Shown: positions 35,825 through 49,600 of the stretch, one piece after another | Position numbering within the stretch: the stretch's first letter is position 1 | How the letters are laid out: the number at the start of each line of letters is the position of its first letter | Program-made: the position numbers and the translations under genes | Origin: Paraspadella gotoi | Taxonomy: Eukaryota; Animalia; Chaetognatha | NCBI GenBank assembly: GCA_051294375.1 | Contig: CM119271.1 | Span: 6,945,632-7,009,631 of the forward strand | Direction of reading: 5' to 3' | DNA length: 64,000 nt | The notes under the pieces: model-generated | Told to the model about the DNA's origin: nothing | Database searches by the model: none | What the model saw: the letters and a program-made list of their open reading frames with translations, nothing else

Positions 35825-38800
35825 ATGCCCGTAAAAATTCGATTCGTTTTATTTTTCTTCGTTGCCTTTTTGCTCGTCCTTTGTCAGTTCGCTCACTCAC
35901 TCGCCGCTAACTTCGACGCCGAAAATACCGAAGCAGTTTTCAATTCCTCCTTCGAAGATCGGCTCGACGATGAAGGCGTCATTGTTGTCGACGACCTGAT
36001 TTTTAAAGACGCTCGTTCCGAATCTCTTCCGACCGAAATCCACGATGCAACTACATCTTTCGATTCTTCCGTCTCCTCGGTTAAAAAACATAACCCTCCC
36101 TGCTTCCCCAATGACGTCCTGCTCGTTAGCACACTGGACGGAAAAATCACCGCCCTCGATCTCAAGACTTTGGAGAACGGTGCCTTGTGGTCGGTCGACA
36201 CGGGCACATCCGCCCGTTCTTTACCCGAGCCATTGCTCTCTTCCTCGACGGGCAAGATCGTTTCGGGCAACAACTGGATCGTGCCTTCTTTGGACGGGAT
36301 GCTTTACAAGTTTTACACCGTTACGGACGACGGTGGCCAAAGCATTCTCCGGAGCACGGCTATTAGCTCCGACGAGATCCTCGACCGTTCTATGAGACTG
36401 GAGGACGGGGCCACGGACACCACCATCTATGGGGGAAAGGAAACTACCGTGATCGGCGTAAACGCGCGCAACGGTCTCACGTGCTACTTTTGCGACGGCG
36501 GCTCGGGCGACGCCTCCTGCTCTGCCGACAGCACGGACCGCCGAGACTGCGGGTTGGCCGACGATGACGATCTCATCGTTATTCGACGAGTCACTTATTC
36601 CGTCAAGGCGCTTAAGACGAGGACGGGGGAGCAATGGTGGAATTATAGCGTGGCCCAAAATCATCTCCGCTTGGAAGACGGTTCCGTCGTTGACATTCCC
36701 TCCACCGCCGCGAGGAAAAACGTTGTCATTTCCACGTGCGGACATGCTGATACTCATCCGCGTGACGGCGCCAAGGCTGCCGACGAACAGAAATCGCTTC
36801 GTTTCCGCATTCTCGACGGACGCGTCATCGACGATGCGGGTCGACAATTCCACTTTGGCGTCCCGATCGCCGACGCTTGGCTGGTATCCAAGGGAAAACT
36901 CACCCCAGTTAATCTTTTCGACTCAAAAGTTGTCGAGATAGACGCCAATCGCGAACCTTCCAACTTTCTCACCTTTCTTGGTTGCTATCAAGAACAGTAT
37001 TACTTGCAACATTCCACCGCACTCAGTCATCTCTTGTCCCTTCGCAGCACACGCCAGAATCAGCAACAGCAATTGGAATGGTCGCGGGTTGCAGGACGTG
37101 ACATCGAGCACGATGAGAACAATTCCGAATTACCGTCCATTAGTGCTTCCGAACGTAAAGGACGATCTACGGTGCTCGTGTCTGACAAAATGACGGCTCT
37201 TGCAGTCCACGCTCCGTCCATCCTGCCCGGAGTTTACCTCTCGCCGGCCAACGAGCGTCGTCTTGAAATAGAGCTTTCAAAGTTGTCGGGGCAATCTCGA
37301 TTCTGGCGCCAGATTCTTCGTGTCCGCGACTTTTGGATTTCCCACACGTACGCGGCATCGGTGGGCATTGTGACTTCCGTTCTTAGTTTAGTCGTGAGCT
37401 TTTTCGTACTACGTCTGAAAAAAATGAGGGTCGTGTCATTGAGCCAGTCTTTGGCCAAAGGGCCGTCGTTTTCTGACTCTGGTTTCGACTCCCTCATTCG
37501 CGAGACTCGATCCCTCGGTGGATTCCGTTCCTTGCCCGTTCTTCAAGTCACTCCGCCGAGGACGACGACGATCAATATGCCGTCCCCTTCTCTCGTCGAG
37601 CCGTTGTCGGTGAACGCTGCGAGCTCCGACTTTGAGTCTCGCTTCTACCAAGACTTCGAGCCGGTCGCCTGCCTGGGAAAGGGCGGTTTCGGCGTGGTGT
37701 TCGAGGCGCGAAACAAGCTGGATGACTGCTGCTACGCAATCAAGAGGGTGGCGCTAAAGAATAAGCCCGAGTCGAAGGAACGCGTGATGAGAGAGGTGAA
37801 GGCGCTGGCCAAGCTCGACCATCACGGGGTCGTCCGGTATTATCAAGCCTGGTTCGAATCCCCACCCGTTGGTTGGGACGATCCGTTCATGTCCCGCGTC
37901 GATGTCAGCAGCGAACCTTTTACGGCGACGACGAGCGAACGGAAGACTTCAAAAACCGACAACAAAGCGACGGAGGCCGGGCAAGGGGACAGGCCGAGTT
38001 TGGAGGGAAATCGTTATCAGTCCGTCGCTACCAGTAAGTTAATCTTCAACAACGCAGACGTTTTCGACGATTTCGCTCCTCTTGATCCAGTTTTCTCGAC
38101 GGAATTTACGGAGAGCAGCGGCGAGATTTCCTTCCGAGTCAGCAACGACAACGATTCCGATTCTACCAACGCGAAGTCACCAACTCTGACTCGGCTAAGC
38201 AGCGACAGCGGCGTGCCCCCGCCCCATCCCACGACAGTGTCGAAAGATTCTCTCGACGTGGTTTTCGAGCTTTCGACTGGAAAAGACGGCGATGGCACCG
38301 CTTTCACGCGAGAGAGTAGCGTTGGAAGTAACCTTCCGAACTTTTTTCAAAAGGACGACGACGAAATCGAGGATGATTTCGGTCCGCGCGGTTTCTTTCC
38401 GGTCGTCTCTTCCGATTCGCCCGAAAAGAAAAAGGACAAAACGGAAAAGATTTTCCTCTACATACAGATGCAACTGTGCAAGAAGGAAACTCTCAAGGAC
38501 TGGTTGCGGGACAATATGGAACGAGATCACCGACACGTGTTGGATATTTTTGTTCAGATATTGGATACCGTTCAGTTTCTCCACGCAGGCGGACTCATTC
38601 ACAGGGATATAAAGCCCTCGAATATTTTTTTCGCTGCTGCTGATGGAACCGTCAAAATAGGAGTGAGTTTTCGTAATGAAACATTTAAAGGAACTTTGAG
38701 GTTCGTATTTGAAACAATACAATTTTTATTCTGACCCCAGGATTTCGGTCTTGTCACCGATGCGGCGATTGAAGAAAACCAGGAAGCCGAAGCTCTTTCT

Positions 38801-39325
38801 TCATTCGGCGCGCCTTTTTCGCAGCGCCAACACACGGATCAAGTCGGCACTAAACTGTACATGAGTCCCGAGCAGGCCTCAGGAAAAAATTACTGCCAAA
38901 AGGTAGACATTTATTCGTTGGGAATCGTGCTCTTCGAGCTACTTAATCCCTTCGCCACGGAGATGGAGAGAGGCCGAACGCTGCTCGCCTTGCGTCAGGA
39001 TCGCCTCGTCCCCGAAACACTCCGTCGCGAGAAGAAGAAAGAAACGGGGCTGGTGCTGCAGATGATTCACCCCGATCCCGATCGTCGTCCCTCGGCGGAG
39101 GAAGTCAAGGAAGTCGTGGAAGAGTTGGAGATGGAATTGTTCGGCGTTGAAGGATCTTTGCCGAGGGGGTCGAGTCGACGGAGGCGAGGCTCGTTGTCTC
39201 GCTGTTCTGGGCGCTCTAGTCGGTCGGTGGGAAGCGGCTCGGCCGGTGGATCGGATGAGAGCCAAGAATTTGGATCCTCATCGTCTAAGCTTGAGGGTTT
39301 TGCAAAGTGCAATCCCAACGGTTGA
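35825..39325 (+). CDS. EIF2AK3: eIF2-alpha kinase PERK (intron 38663-38740)
   Basis: Signal peptide, luminal LVSTLDGKITAL / IVPSLDG domain, TM segment, GKGGFGVVFEARNKLD..YAIKR, large kinase insert, LYIQMQLC, HRDIKPSN, G|DFG and VGTKLYMSPEQ. Confidence 0.95.
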
Positions 39326-39645
39326 AGAAAAAAACCGAGGCGAATCTTGCTTTTGAAAGAGTTTGTGGTCTAATTTATCGACTATTTAGATGTGTTTGAA
39401 TTAAACGCTTTTTCGTTTGTACGCTTGTTTAGCAGGAAAATAGCAGATGACAAATATTTACATTGTTTTTTGAAACTATTATCCTTAATTGAACTTCCGC
39501 TTTGAAAATATTTGTACGAGTTTTTTTCTTCGAATTCGGGAATTTATAGTTTTTGTTACACAATTCGCAGATTTAATTTAGCGTGTCATATAGCCTCTTC
39601 ACATAAATTAACAATCAACCGGCAAAAAAAAGGAGGAAATAAACT

Positions 39646-42256
39646 ATGGCTGAACAAGGAAAAAGTTACGCCAAAGCGGCAAAGTCGTCGAGCTCTTTGG
39701 GCAGCAAAGGGGCCGCCGGTGGCGTCGGCTCTAAGCCTAAGGATCCTTCGTCCAATCAATTTCAAGACCGCGACAAACCCACTCAAGTGAGGTACGGTAA
39801 TATCACCGCGGCCAAGGCCGTCGCCGACGCCATTCGCACCAGTTTGGGTCCCAAGGGGATGGACAAGATGATTCAGGCCGGAAATGGAGACGTCACCATC
39901 ACCAACGACGGAGCGACGATCCTCAAACAGATGGAGGTAAGATCGATTGACTTTCTAAACGAGTTATTTTTTTTTGAAAATGTATTTCTATAATATTAAC
40001 CGTCAATGTTTATTTTCGCTGTTTATAACTTTTCCCAATATTTGTCGAAATGAAACTATTTTAATTTAAAGGTTATTCATCCTGCGGCAAAGATGCTGGT
40101 AGAATTATCTAAGGCGCAAGATATCGAGGCTGGAGACGGGACCACCTCTGTGGTCGTTCTTGCTGGAAGTCTTCTCGACGCTTCGTCCAGGCTTTTGGAC
40201 AAAGGTTAGGGAACAACTTCGATTGAAATTCGTTTCAAGCGAAACTGCTTAATAATCAGTAGTCATGTAAGTTCGCGCATATCAATTTAATGTAATATTA
40301 CCGCTACACCTTCACCCGACCGTCATCTTCCCCAAATTAGGACTCCATCCCACGACAATCTCGGACGCCTTTCAGTCCGCGGCGGAAAAGTGCGTGGACA
40401 TTTTGATGGATATGTCGACGCCTGTCGATCTCAACGATAAGCAGTCTCTGCTCAAAAGCGCTTCCACCTCTCTCAATTCCAAAGTCGTCAGCCAGCATTC
40501 GTCTCTCCTCGCCCCTATGGCGGTGGACGCGGTGCTCGAAGTGAGTTTTCTATGGGGAATTAATAAAGGTTTGAGGTGTACTCGTGTTAAACTTAAAATA
40601 TGAAACTTTAGTGACGCAAAAAGGCAAGAAGACAACTTAGTGACGACGACCCTCTTGACGTCGACGAACTAACCACTTGATCGTGCATCTATCCACAAAA
40701 CCACATTTATTCATTTCCCTTTCCCCGAAGAATTGTTTACTCAAATTTATTCGCGGTTAAAAAGATTACCCGGGACTTTCAGATCGTCGCCGACCAGGCT
40801 GTCTCCACAAACGTTGATCTGAAAGACATAAAGATAATCAAGAAGTTGGGCGGAACCGTCGACGACTCGGAGATGATTCAGGGGGTTGTTTTCGACTCCA
40901 AGGCAGCCGGCAGCGGCGGCGTCACTCGCGTGGAAAAGGCCAAAATCGGTCTCATCCAGTTTTGCCTTTCGCCTCCTAAAACGGATATGGAGAACAACGT
41001 CATTGTCTCCGATTATACTCAGATGGACAGGGTCCTTCGAGAGGAGAGGTCGGTTCGATATGTTAGAGGAAGACGAATATTAAATTATTTACGACTAAAC
41101 TAATTGATTCAACTTGAAAAAAAAAATTCTAACTTTCTCAAATTAACCAATTCTAGAGCCTACATCCTCGATCTGGTGAAGAAGATAAAAAAGGCCGGGT
41201 GCAACGTGTTGATAATCCAGAAATCAATTCTTCGCGACGCCGTCAACGATATGGCGCTCCACTTCTTATCTAAGATGAAGATTCTCACAGTGACCAACGT
41301 CGAGCGCGAGGACGTGGAGTTTTATTGCAAGAGCCTTGGTTGCAAACCCATCGCCTCCATCGATCATTTCACTCCGGAAATGCTTGGCACCGCGGAGATG
41401 GTTGAGGAAATTCAGGCCGGCAGCGGAAAGATCGTCAAGGTTAGCTTACCATCTTAACTATGTAATCAGCAATAATCTTGATTTTTTAGAAAAAAATATT
41501 TTAGGAATATTTTTTTAATTAATTTATTATTAAATCGCATTTTAATTTTCCACAGGTTTCCGGCATTACTTCGCCTTCGGCTGGCAAGACAGTTTCCATC
41601 CTTCTTCGCGGTTCCAACAAGCTCGTCCTCGACGAGGCCGACCGGTCTCTGCACGACGCGCTCTGCGTCATACGCTGCTTGGTCAAACGACGCGCTCTCA
41701 TCGCCGGCGGAGGTGCTCCCGAGACTGAGATGAGCCTGAAACTGATGGAGCTCGCTCGTGGCCTCTCCGGCATGGAGCAGTACTGCTTCCGCGCCTACGC
41801 GGAGGCGCTCGAGATAATCCCGTACACGTTGGCCGAAAACGCTGGCCTCAATCCAATCGAAACCGTGACGGAGTTGCGAAACAAGCACAGTCTCGGTAAG
41901 TGGCCGAAATCACCATGATTAAATAACTACTGGTTTGGGGACTCGAACCCGTTTTGTTTCTTCGTCTCGCTTTTCGAATCTTTTTGGGGTCAGTACGTCC
42001 AATTTTTTCTCTTTCAAGTAACTAAAATTTCTTCAAAAATTGTGTTTATTTAAAATATTTTAAATTGCTCTTTGTCTTTATCTTTTTGTAATTAGGCGAA
42101 CGAACGGCTGGAATTAACGTTCGAAAAGGTTGCATCACCAACATTCTGGAAGAAAATGTCGTCCAGCCGGTTCTCGTCTGCACCACTGCGATAACCCAAG
42201 CGACCGAAACCATTCGGGCCATTCTAAAAATTGATGATATCGTTCAGTGTCGCTAA
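39646..42256 (+). CDS. CCT4: T-complex protein 1 subunit delta (multi-exon)
   Basis: [61 protein letters not shown]; ends [14 protein letters not shown]. Confidence 0.96.
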
Positions 42257-42534
42257 TCACTTGTTGACTGCACCAAGAGCTTAGACCAATTTTCAGACTT
42301 CAGAGTTGAAAGCATGCCTTAATTTCGCGAAGTTATTGTCTGTTGCTGTGATGGAGGCTATAACAAAAAATGCACGCTGTTTTTTAAGAAACTATTTCCA
42401 AATATTTTTAATTTAAACAGATAGTTATATGTTAAAATTATTTTCTCTTTTTTTTTATTCAAGGCCATTTAAAATTGTACGTGAATTTCAGAAAAAAACT
42501 TGAACTAAAAAAGTGTTTTAAAAAATCCGCTAAA

Positions 42535-43824
42535 ATGGGAAATATTCACACGGTGGGACCCAACGAGGCCTTGGTCATATCTGGAGGTTGTTTCGGCTCA
42601 ACAGGGAAGAAAAAGGTTATCGGAGGCTGGGGCTGGGCTTGGTGGCTCGTCACCGATGTGCAGAAGCTGTCTCTCGAAGTGATGACCCTCAACCCGATTT
42701 GCGAGAGCGTGGAAACCTCTGAGGGCGTCCCTCTCACAGTCACCGGCGTCGCCCAGTGCAAAGTTTTGACGGAGAACGAGCTTCTCGACACGGCCCTCGA
42801 ACAATTCTTGGGAAAATCCCCCAGCCAGATTCAAGACGTCATCCTCCAGACGCTGGAGGGCCACTTGCGCGCTATCCTCGGAACCCTGACCGTGGAGCAG
42901 ATCTATCAGGATCGCGACCGGTTTGCTCAACTCGTCCGTGAAGTGGCTTCCCCGGACGTCGGCAAGATGGGAATAGAGATCCTGTCCTTCACCATCAAGG
43001 ACGTCTATGACCGCGTCGATTACCTCGCCTCCTTAGGCAAGGCGCAAACGGCCGCCGTGAAACGTGATGCAGACATCGGCGTCGCCGAGGCCAATCGAGA
43101 CGCTGGTATCCGAGAGGCCGAATGTGAAAAATCTCATATGGATGCCAAATTCCAAGCGGACACCAAGATCGCCAACAGCGAGCGCGAGTACAAGCTGCAG
43201 AAGGCCGCCTTCGACCAGGAAGTCAACACGGCCCGTGCCGACGCCGAGTTGGCCTACGAGCTTCAAGCGAACAAGGAAAAGCAGAAGATCCGCGGAGAAG
43301 AGATTGAGATCGAGATCGTTGAGCGGAAGAAGCAGATCGCCATCGAAGAGCAAGAGATCCTTCGCAAAGAGAAGGAGCTCACCTCCACGATCCGTCTTCC
43401 CGCCGAGGCCGAATCTTACCGCGTCGAGACGCTGGCCCAGGGCAAGCGCACGCAAACCGTCGAGGTCGCGCGCGCCGAAGCCGAGAAGATCAAAGCTATT
43501 GGCGGCGCCGAGGCCAGCGCCATTGAATCCGTGGGCAAGGCCGAGGCCGAACGGATGCGAATGAAGGCGGCCGCCTACAAGCAGTACGGAGAGGCCGCCA
43601 TGATGTCGCTCGTGCTGGAGGCGTTACCCAAGGTGGCCGCCGAGGTCTCCGCCCCGTTGTCCAAGGTCGACGAGATCGTGCTGCTTGGCGGAGACAGTCG
43701 CACGACGGCCGAGGTGACCAAGCTCATCTCGCAGCTTCCGCCCGCCGTTCAGGCCATCAGCGGTGTCGACATCTCTGGCGTATTGTCCAAGTTGCCGGGG
43801 GCTACTACCGCGACCGCGCATTAA
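42535..43824 (+). CDS. FLOT2: Flotillin-2 (reggie-1), intronless
   Basis: MGNIHTVGPNEALVISGGC, WAWWLVTDVQ, SPFH domain and EA-rich flotillin coiled coil. Confidence 0.96.
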   Translation: MGNIHTVGPNEALVISGGCFGSTGKKKVIGGWGWAWWLVTDVQKLSLEVMTLNPICESVETSEGVPLTVTGVAQCKVLTENELLDTALEQFLGKSPSQIQDVILQTLEGHLRAILGTLTVEQIYQDRDRFAQLVREVASPDVGKMGIEILSFTIKDVYDRVDYLASLGKAQTAAVKRDADIGVAEANRDAGIREAECEKSHMDAKFQADTKIANSEREYKLQKAAFDQEVNTARADAELAYELQANKEKQKIRGEEIEIEIVERKKQIAIEEQEILRKEKELTSTIRLPAEAESYRVETLAQGKRTQTVEVARAEAEKIKAIGGAEASAIESVGKAEAERMRMKAAAYKQYGEAAMMSLVLEALPKVAAEVSAPLSKVDEIVLLGGDSRTTAEVTKLISQLPPAVQAISGVDISGVLSKLPGATTATAH

Positions 43825-45294
43825 AAACTTGTTCGATTACAAAATTTTCTTATTTGGTTTCCTTTTTGTTATACAAAGGTGTATATTCTTTTAAATATTT
43901 TTTGGAAAATAACTTCAAAGAATTAATTCTACAGCAGATTTGATTTCCAGAAACCTTGTTTTTAGTATTACATCGGTGAAGGGTATATTTTATTCATTAG
44001 TAAATTTTTTGGTTTTATTCTTTTCAAAAGATGTAACTATCAATTCGTTAATAGAACGTCTTTTAGGGGGATCAAACGGCTCGTAAACTTCTCCTGTTAT
44101 TAATCCTTCAAATTTGTGTGATGAGTTGAGTGCTTCAATGTGATTCAGAAGTGTATAGGTGAATTTGCGGGTTATATTGTTTTGTCTTGTTTTTAGTCAT
44201 TGCTGAAAAAAGCATCTTGTACTGTATATTTTAAAATTCGGTGATTAGTGAAAAAAGTTTTCTGAACCAGTTCTCAAGTTTTGTTTTTTATATATTTACA
44301 AAATGTATACATAATACACGTGGCTCAGAGTAAAATTTATTTCTTGGTATTTTCATACTGATGCCAATCGTGTTACTGTGAAAATGATTTGTGATGTTAT
44401 GTTTTGTGACGTTAGTTTTTAAAAGTATATTTTTATACAATGTAAAAGCCGACAAAGGGTTAAATTTACAATTATGGTGATCACGCTTTGTCATTCTGCC
44501 GCAGCTCTTCGATTTTTCCCTCAGACTATTATGAGGAAACTCTTTAAAAGTATATTGTTAGAAACCAACCTCATTCAGAATTGTAGGGAGTAATTTTTTT
44601 TATTTTCAAACTTTAGGCTTAGCGTACCAAGAACACTTCAAAACGGTTTAAAAAGCTCTAAAAAGATTATATTTTAATTTCTTTTGAAATTGAAATCATG
44701 TGTTTTTCTTCCTCTTTTAAATATATGATATATATTTTAATCAATGATCATTTATGTAGCATACTCAATTTACAAAATTCTCATAACGTCGGCTAAAAGG
44801 CAGTTGCTAAGTTTTTTTCACAACCATGCCTTAATAAATTTACTCGTCAAGCCTTATTATTTCGCTAATCATAATTAAAATTCACTTGTTATTTTAGCAA
44901 AAAGGTGATAATTGATTGAGCAAAAGATGATAGTAAACAAAAAAGAAGGCTGATAGATATATGCGAAATTCTAAATAAATTTTACATATTATCTTAGAAA
45001 TCGCATAGTTAATCTTTATATACAAAGTTACTCACGAAGTATGTTTGTCTGTGTATGGTCTTGTATAAGAATTCCTAGTGAATGAGCACGTTTTACACCA
45101 GAATTTCTAAATATTGGCGTATTTTGTAGTTATTACTTTACGGATATTTTTTTCAGAACCTGCGTAACAAAAAAAAAATTGGCTAAAATAAAACCACAAA
45201 ACTCAGGAAAGCAAAAGTACCAAACACGCGCCCCCGCTAGTATTCGAGTTACTCGAAACGCACCCAAATATTTCGCCCTCATCGACGCCGCGAG

Positions 45295-45486
45295 ATGCAC
45301 GGCGCGGACGAAACGCCCTCGGACGAGATGTTCGTCGACGGGGAAGACTCCTTCCTCAACTCCAACTGCGAATCGGACGCGGCTACCAACTCTTTAATGC
45401 AGGATCTCGTCGTCAACAACAAGCTCGTTCATGGGGATTTCTTTAACGACTTCCAAGACATATTTGACGATGAAGACCTGACCTGA
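45295..45486 (+). CDS. COPS9: COP9 signalosome subunit 9 (CSNAP/MYEOV2)
   Basis: 63-aa acidic ORF with DEMF, LMQDL..N.K.VHGDFFNDFQDIFDDEDL, matching the family C-terminus as recalled. Confidence 0.85.
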   Translation: MHGADETPSDEMFVDGEDSFLNSNCESDAATNSLMQDLVVNNKLVHGDFFNDFQDIFDDEDLT

Positions 45487-46658
45487 GACTCATTGGCCGC
45501 GATAGAAATTTTCTTAGCCGTAATCAACACCGGAACAATGCCTGTCTCCACGCCGGAAAAGCCATGCTTTTTGTTTTACTTACTATATAGTTGAGTAATG
45601 TGCCCATTTATGACTCACGTTATTTGTTGTATCCAGTAAAAATTCACTCTTGCGTCGTAAAATTATCTTTTGAAGATTATTTTTACTTAAACCAAAAGAG
45701 TTTTGCAGAAGTAGTTTCCGCTTTATGATCATCGTTGTTTCCCTCTCCCTTCACCCTCTTTTCATTCGATCGTCGCTCGATGTTAACTCGTGATTTTTTT
45801 TTTCTCAGTTTCACCCATTGACTCTCTCTGGATAAAATTTTTTGAAAAACAAAAACGGAAAAAGAAAACCATGAATTTATTTTTGTTCTTCTCGAATGTG
45901 TCTAACGCGCCCCCATGTTTGAGGTTATTCGAGTGTTTAATTTTGCCCCCTCAATTCTGAGAAAGAAAACCATCTCCAAAGTTCATTTTCTATCAAATTC
46001 AAAGCGTGACTGGGAAGCCCTCTCCCGTTTTTGGAATTTATGAGATATCATTCGGAGTTTCAACCATGTGAATCGCGTTTTTAACTCTTTCTTCACAACA
46101 ATCAGTGTTCTTTTTCTCTTTTTCATCTTTCTGCGCCATTCACAAACGCCGTCAAGATGTGAAGTAGACCCGAATCTCGACGACGACGGGGAAATCTTTC
46201 CGTCGCACGCCTCTTCTCTTTCGTGCTCCCCATTCGCTTTAGGTTTAAAGACTTTTTGTCAGGGTACTTTTTTTCCACAATGTGCAATATTTAGCCAGCT
46301 AGTTTTCCTCCTGCGACTGCGAGCTCATCATTGCGATAAACGCTCAAATTTTATGATATACTTTTAAAATGTGACAATATGATCTAAAATGCCAAGTGCC
46401 TGACGAAAAAAAAAAAAAAAACACACAAAAAAAACAACGAAAACCGCAAGAATCTTGACTCTTGAAAGCACCAAAACATGAAACCTCATTTATCGTTTTT
46501 TCGAGTGGACCGTTTATCTCGAATTCACCCTTTCGACTAAGATCTGACTTTATTTTTGTTTCAAAGTTCTTCTATTTGTGTTGACAACCTCGGATTTCGC
46601 CGTACTGGCCCGGCAGCTACCTTTTCTAAGATAAAACTACAAATAGGTAATAATAAAT

Positions 46659-49600
46659 ATGAACGGCGTCCCGTTTGCCGTCGAACGACTGGACCAGGCG
46701 CTGGTCGTTACCTGTGATCGCTCGCGCTTTATATCTTCGTTGCTTCTCTTCGTCGTCGTCTCCGTCGGCGTCTTTCCTGTGCACACGTACACCTCGGCCG
46801 ACGGAGCCATTCATCCCGAAAGCCCCGAACTCCTAAAGCGCAACGAGGTTCATTTCGACTTGGATCGGTGTCTCCCAACGACAAAGACGATGCCGGCTAA
46901 AGCACGCCGATTCGCTATCAGCGGTGCACCCATGAACCTGACAATCGCCGTCTCCGATCGTCCCTATCACATGATCGCCTCTTACATGCTGCTCATCGTT
47001 CTCCGAGATTATTTCAACTACGACGACGTTGTCCTCCGGCCGCTCGACGATTCCGTCGACTTTTTCGACCAATCCGAGATTCTCGCTAAGATGAGGTCGG
47101 ACCCTATCGGGCTCCCGACTGACAGGGTAGGAGCCGAGCGCCGGTTTCCTCAGACAATGATCAACCTCGAGGTCTGGAGAGACTCTGGTTACGGATCCTC
47201 GGGTTTGGGAGAGGACGTGCTCTACGCAGGTTCGCTAACCATGCAAGGACTCTTTGGTTGGTGGATTCCCAACGCCTGGGCGCGTCTTCCGGAAAATCGA
47301 CGCGATTTTTGGGACCATTACAAACTTCTCACCATGCCGGAAAAGGCAAAGAAGCTGCGTATCGACGCAGGAACGCTGGACAAGATCATCCCTGAAGAGA
47401 TAGGTTGTTCTCGACTTTTAAATCTCACCAACTCCAATCCTTTTTCGTCCAAACAATGGAGGTGCGAGGGTAAGATACTCGTCTCATCAGCATGCAAGTC
47501 GTCACCCTCCACGTGCGGCACTTTGCTAGCCGAGGATCCTCACCTCCAGATAGGACGCGGGACTCTGCTGCAACTACTTACCGGTCAAATCGACGGCTTG
47601 ACCGGAGCTCTAGTCAACCTGGCTTTTCTTGGCCGCGAATTTGATAGTTATATACTGAGCCGACTCAATGCGTCGACGCGCGTCCCCGGGACGCTGTTCT
47701 TTAGCTGGAAGCCCAACACTTTAACGGCGTGCGATCCGGGCGACGACGGTTTCGCCTTCGAATCACCTCACGAAGCGAATTCGCAACAACGATTCCACAA
47801 AAGTTGCGTCACAAGAATTGTCTTTCCAGACTGCGCCGAAGGAAACCCTCGAAACTTTCCGTTGCAAGAAAACTCGGCTTGTAACTTTCAGGAGAATGAA
47901 ATTGTCAAGGCCGTTTGGTCGGGACTGAAGAGGCCCTACCCGGAAATCGTCAAACTCGTCGAGAAAATGCGTTTTACCGGGGCAAGGATAGAAGCAATGT
48001 TTCGGCGTTACGCTCCTCAGTTGCGCTATTATGAGGAAAACCGCAAAGAAGTTGAAAAAGAAGCTGCGAGTCAAGGGTTTTCTTTAGCAGACATTTTTGG
48101 GGAAATAGGAGATAAATATGACGACGGTGGCATCACGAAGGATCAACTGCAAGATGTTTCCAAAAATTCGCAGAAATTGTCTCAGCTCATTACTCTTAAA
48201 CAGATCGCCGCCTACAAGGTGGCGTGCGAGTATTTGAGGAGGGACAGAAATTGGAAGTATGATTGGGGTTTAAAGCAAAGCCCCAGCCTGGCTCAGGAAA
48301 AAAAGCTTATCACCTTTGGCGGGATGTATCCCATTGTGTCGCACTGGTCTCAACCCGGTATCAAAGTCGGCGTGGACCTTGCCATAGCCATGATCAACAA
48401 CGACTCCGACACTCTCAAAGAGTACGTTGTGGAGCAAGTTTGGCGGGACACCCAATGTCAAGCTGGACCCACTATCAAGGCCTTCATTGACTTTATCACC
48501 TGGGAAGGAAAAAACATCGTAGGCATCGTGGGTCCAGGCTGTACCGCGAGCGCAAAGTCCCTCGGCAGCGTGACTAAATTCTTTGACTACGCCTTCATCA
48601 GCTATTCGGCCGAGGGCGTCGAGCTCGCCAACGACTTTCGCAACAACTTTCTGCGCACCGTTCCTGAGGCTAACCTCCACGCCTACGCATTCAGGGATAT
48701 CTATAAAAAATTTCGATGGCGCCAGGCAATCTTTATCGCTCAGACTGGCGACAACGCTTACGAGCCTTACCAGAAGGCGGCGCGGCTAGAGATAAAGAAA
48801 GATTCGGAGGCACCCAATCCCGATCGGAACTTGCCGGAAGTGTTCAAGATCTCGCGCAAACCGGTACAGGCCAAGGGAAAGTGGGCTGTATACGAAGAGA
48901 TCTCCCAGAAACTCGACAGCATAAAAAACTACAAAGGGATGGATTTTCGCATATTCTCCTTGCACGGTGATCCCGACATTGTGTGGAGGGTGTTGTGCCT
49001 GGCTTACAAAAAGAACATGAGGTGGAAAAACGAATATCAATGGGTATGGGAAAAATTATTTTTTGAGTGGTTTTAATTTTGTATATATTTCAATAATTAA
49101 TATAACTAAATAAATAATTGACCTTAATTCAGTTTATTTCCGGGTGGTACTGGGCGACGGACAACGAATGGTGGCGCTTGGAAAGTCCGCCGCGCGAACG
49201 CCAGGCCGGACTTTACGGTCAGGCCGTAATTGAGCAGTTGTGGGAAGAGCAACGCGGAAACGATTCCATTGACGACGTTGAGGCACGGGAGAAATTCGTT
49301 TGCTCCGACGAGGACATGGTTAAGGCTCTCAACGGGAGCCTGTCCATTGTCAATGGGTTTACGGACAAACCCTCGGCCAAAATACACGTTCCGCAATTTG
49401 TCAAAAACGAAGGTTGGTCATTTATTTTATTGACACAGTTATAGTGTTAATTCGGCAAACTAGGCTTTATGAGTTATAACAAGGAATTTACATATTTTCT
49501 GACATGCTAATTAATTTAACTTTACACTCAAGTTTGGCTTAATTAGCCAGAGTTTGTAAAAGTTTCTGTCAGATGTTCAAACAGGAATTCTCTATATTAA

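Noticed and set aside
35893-38835. Many 60-210 aa ORFs overlapping PERK, and similar ones over the CUT-ZF, FLOT2 and VKR genes
   Set aside because: Expected alternative-frame ORFs in GC-richer coding DNA, with no motifs.
41938-41951. B-box-like GGGTTCGAGTCCC on the minus strand of a CCT4 intron
   Set aside because: No A-box or cloverleaf upstream, so not a tRNA gene.
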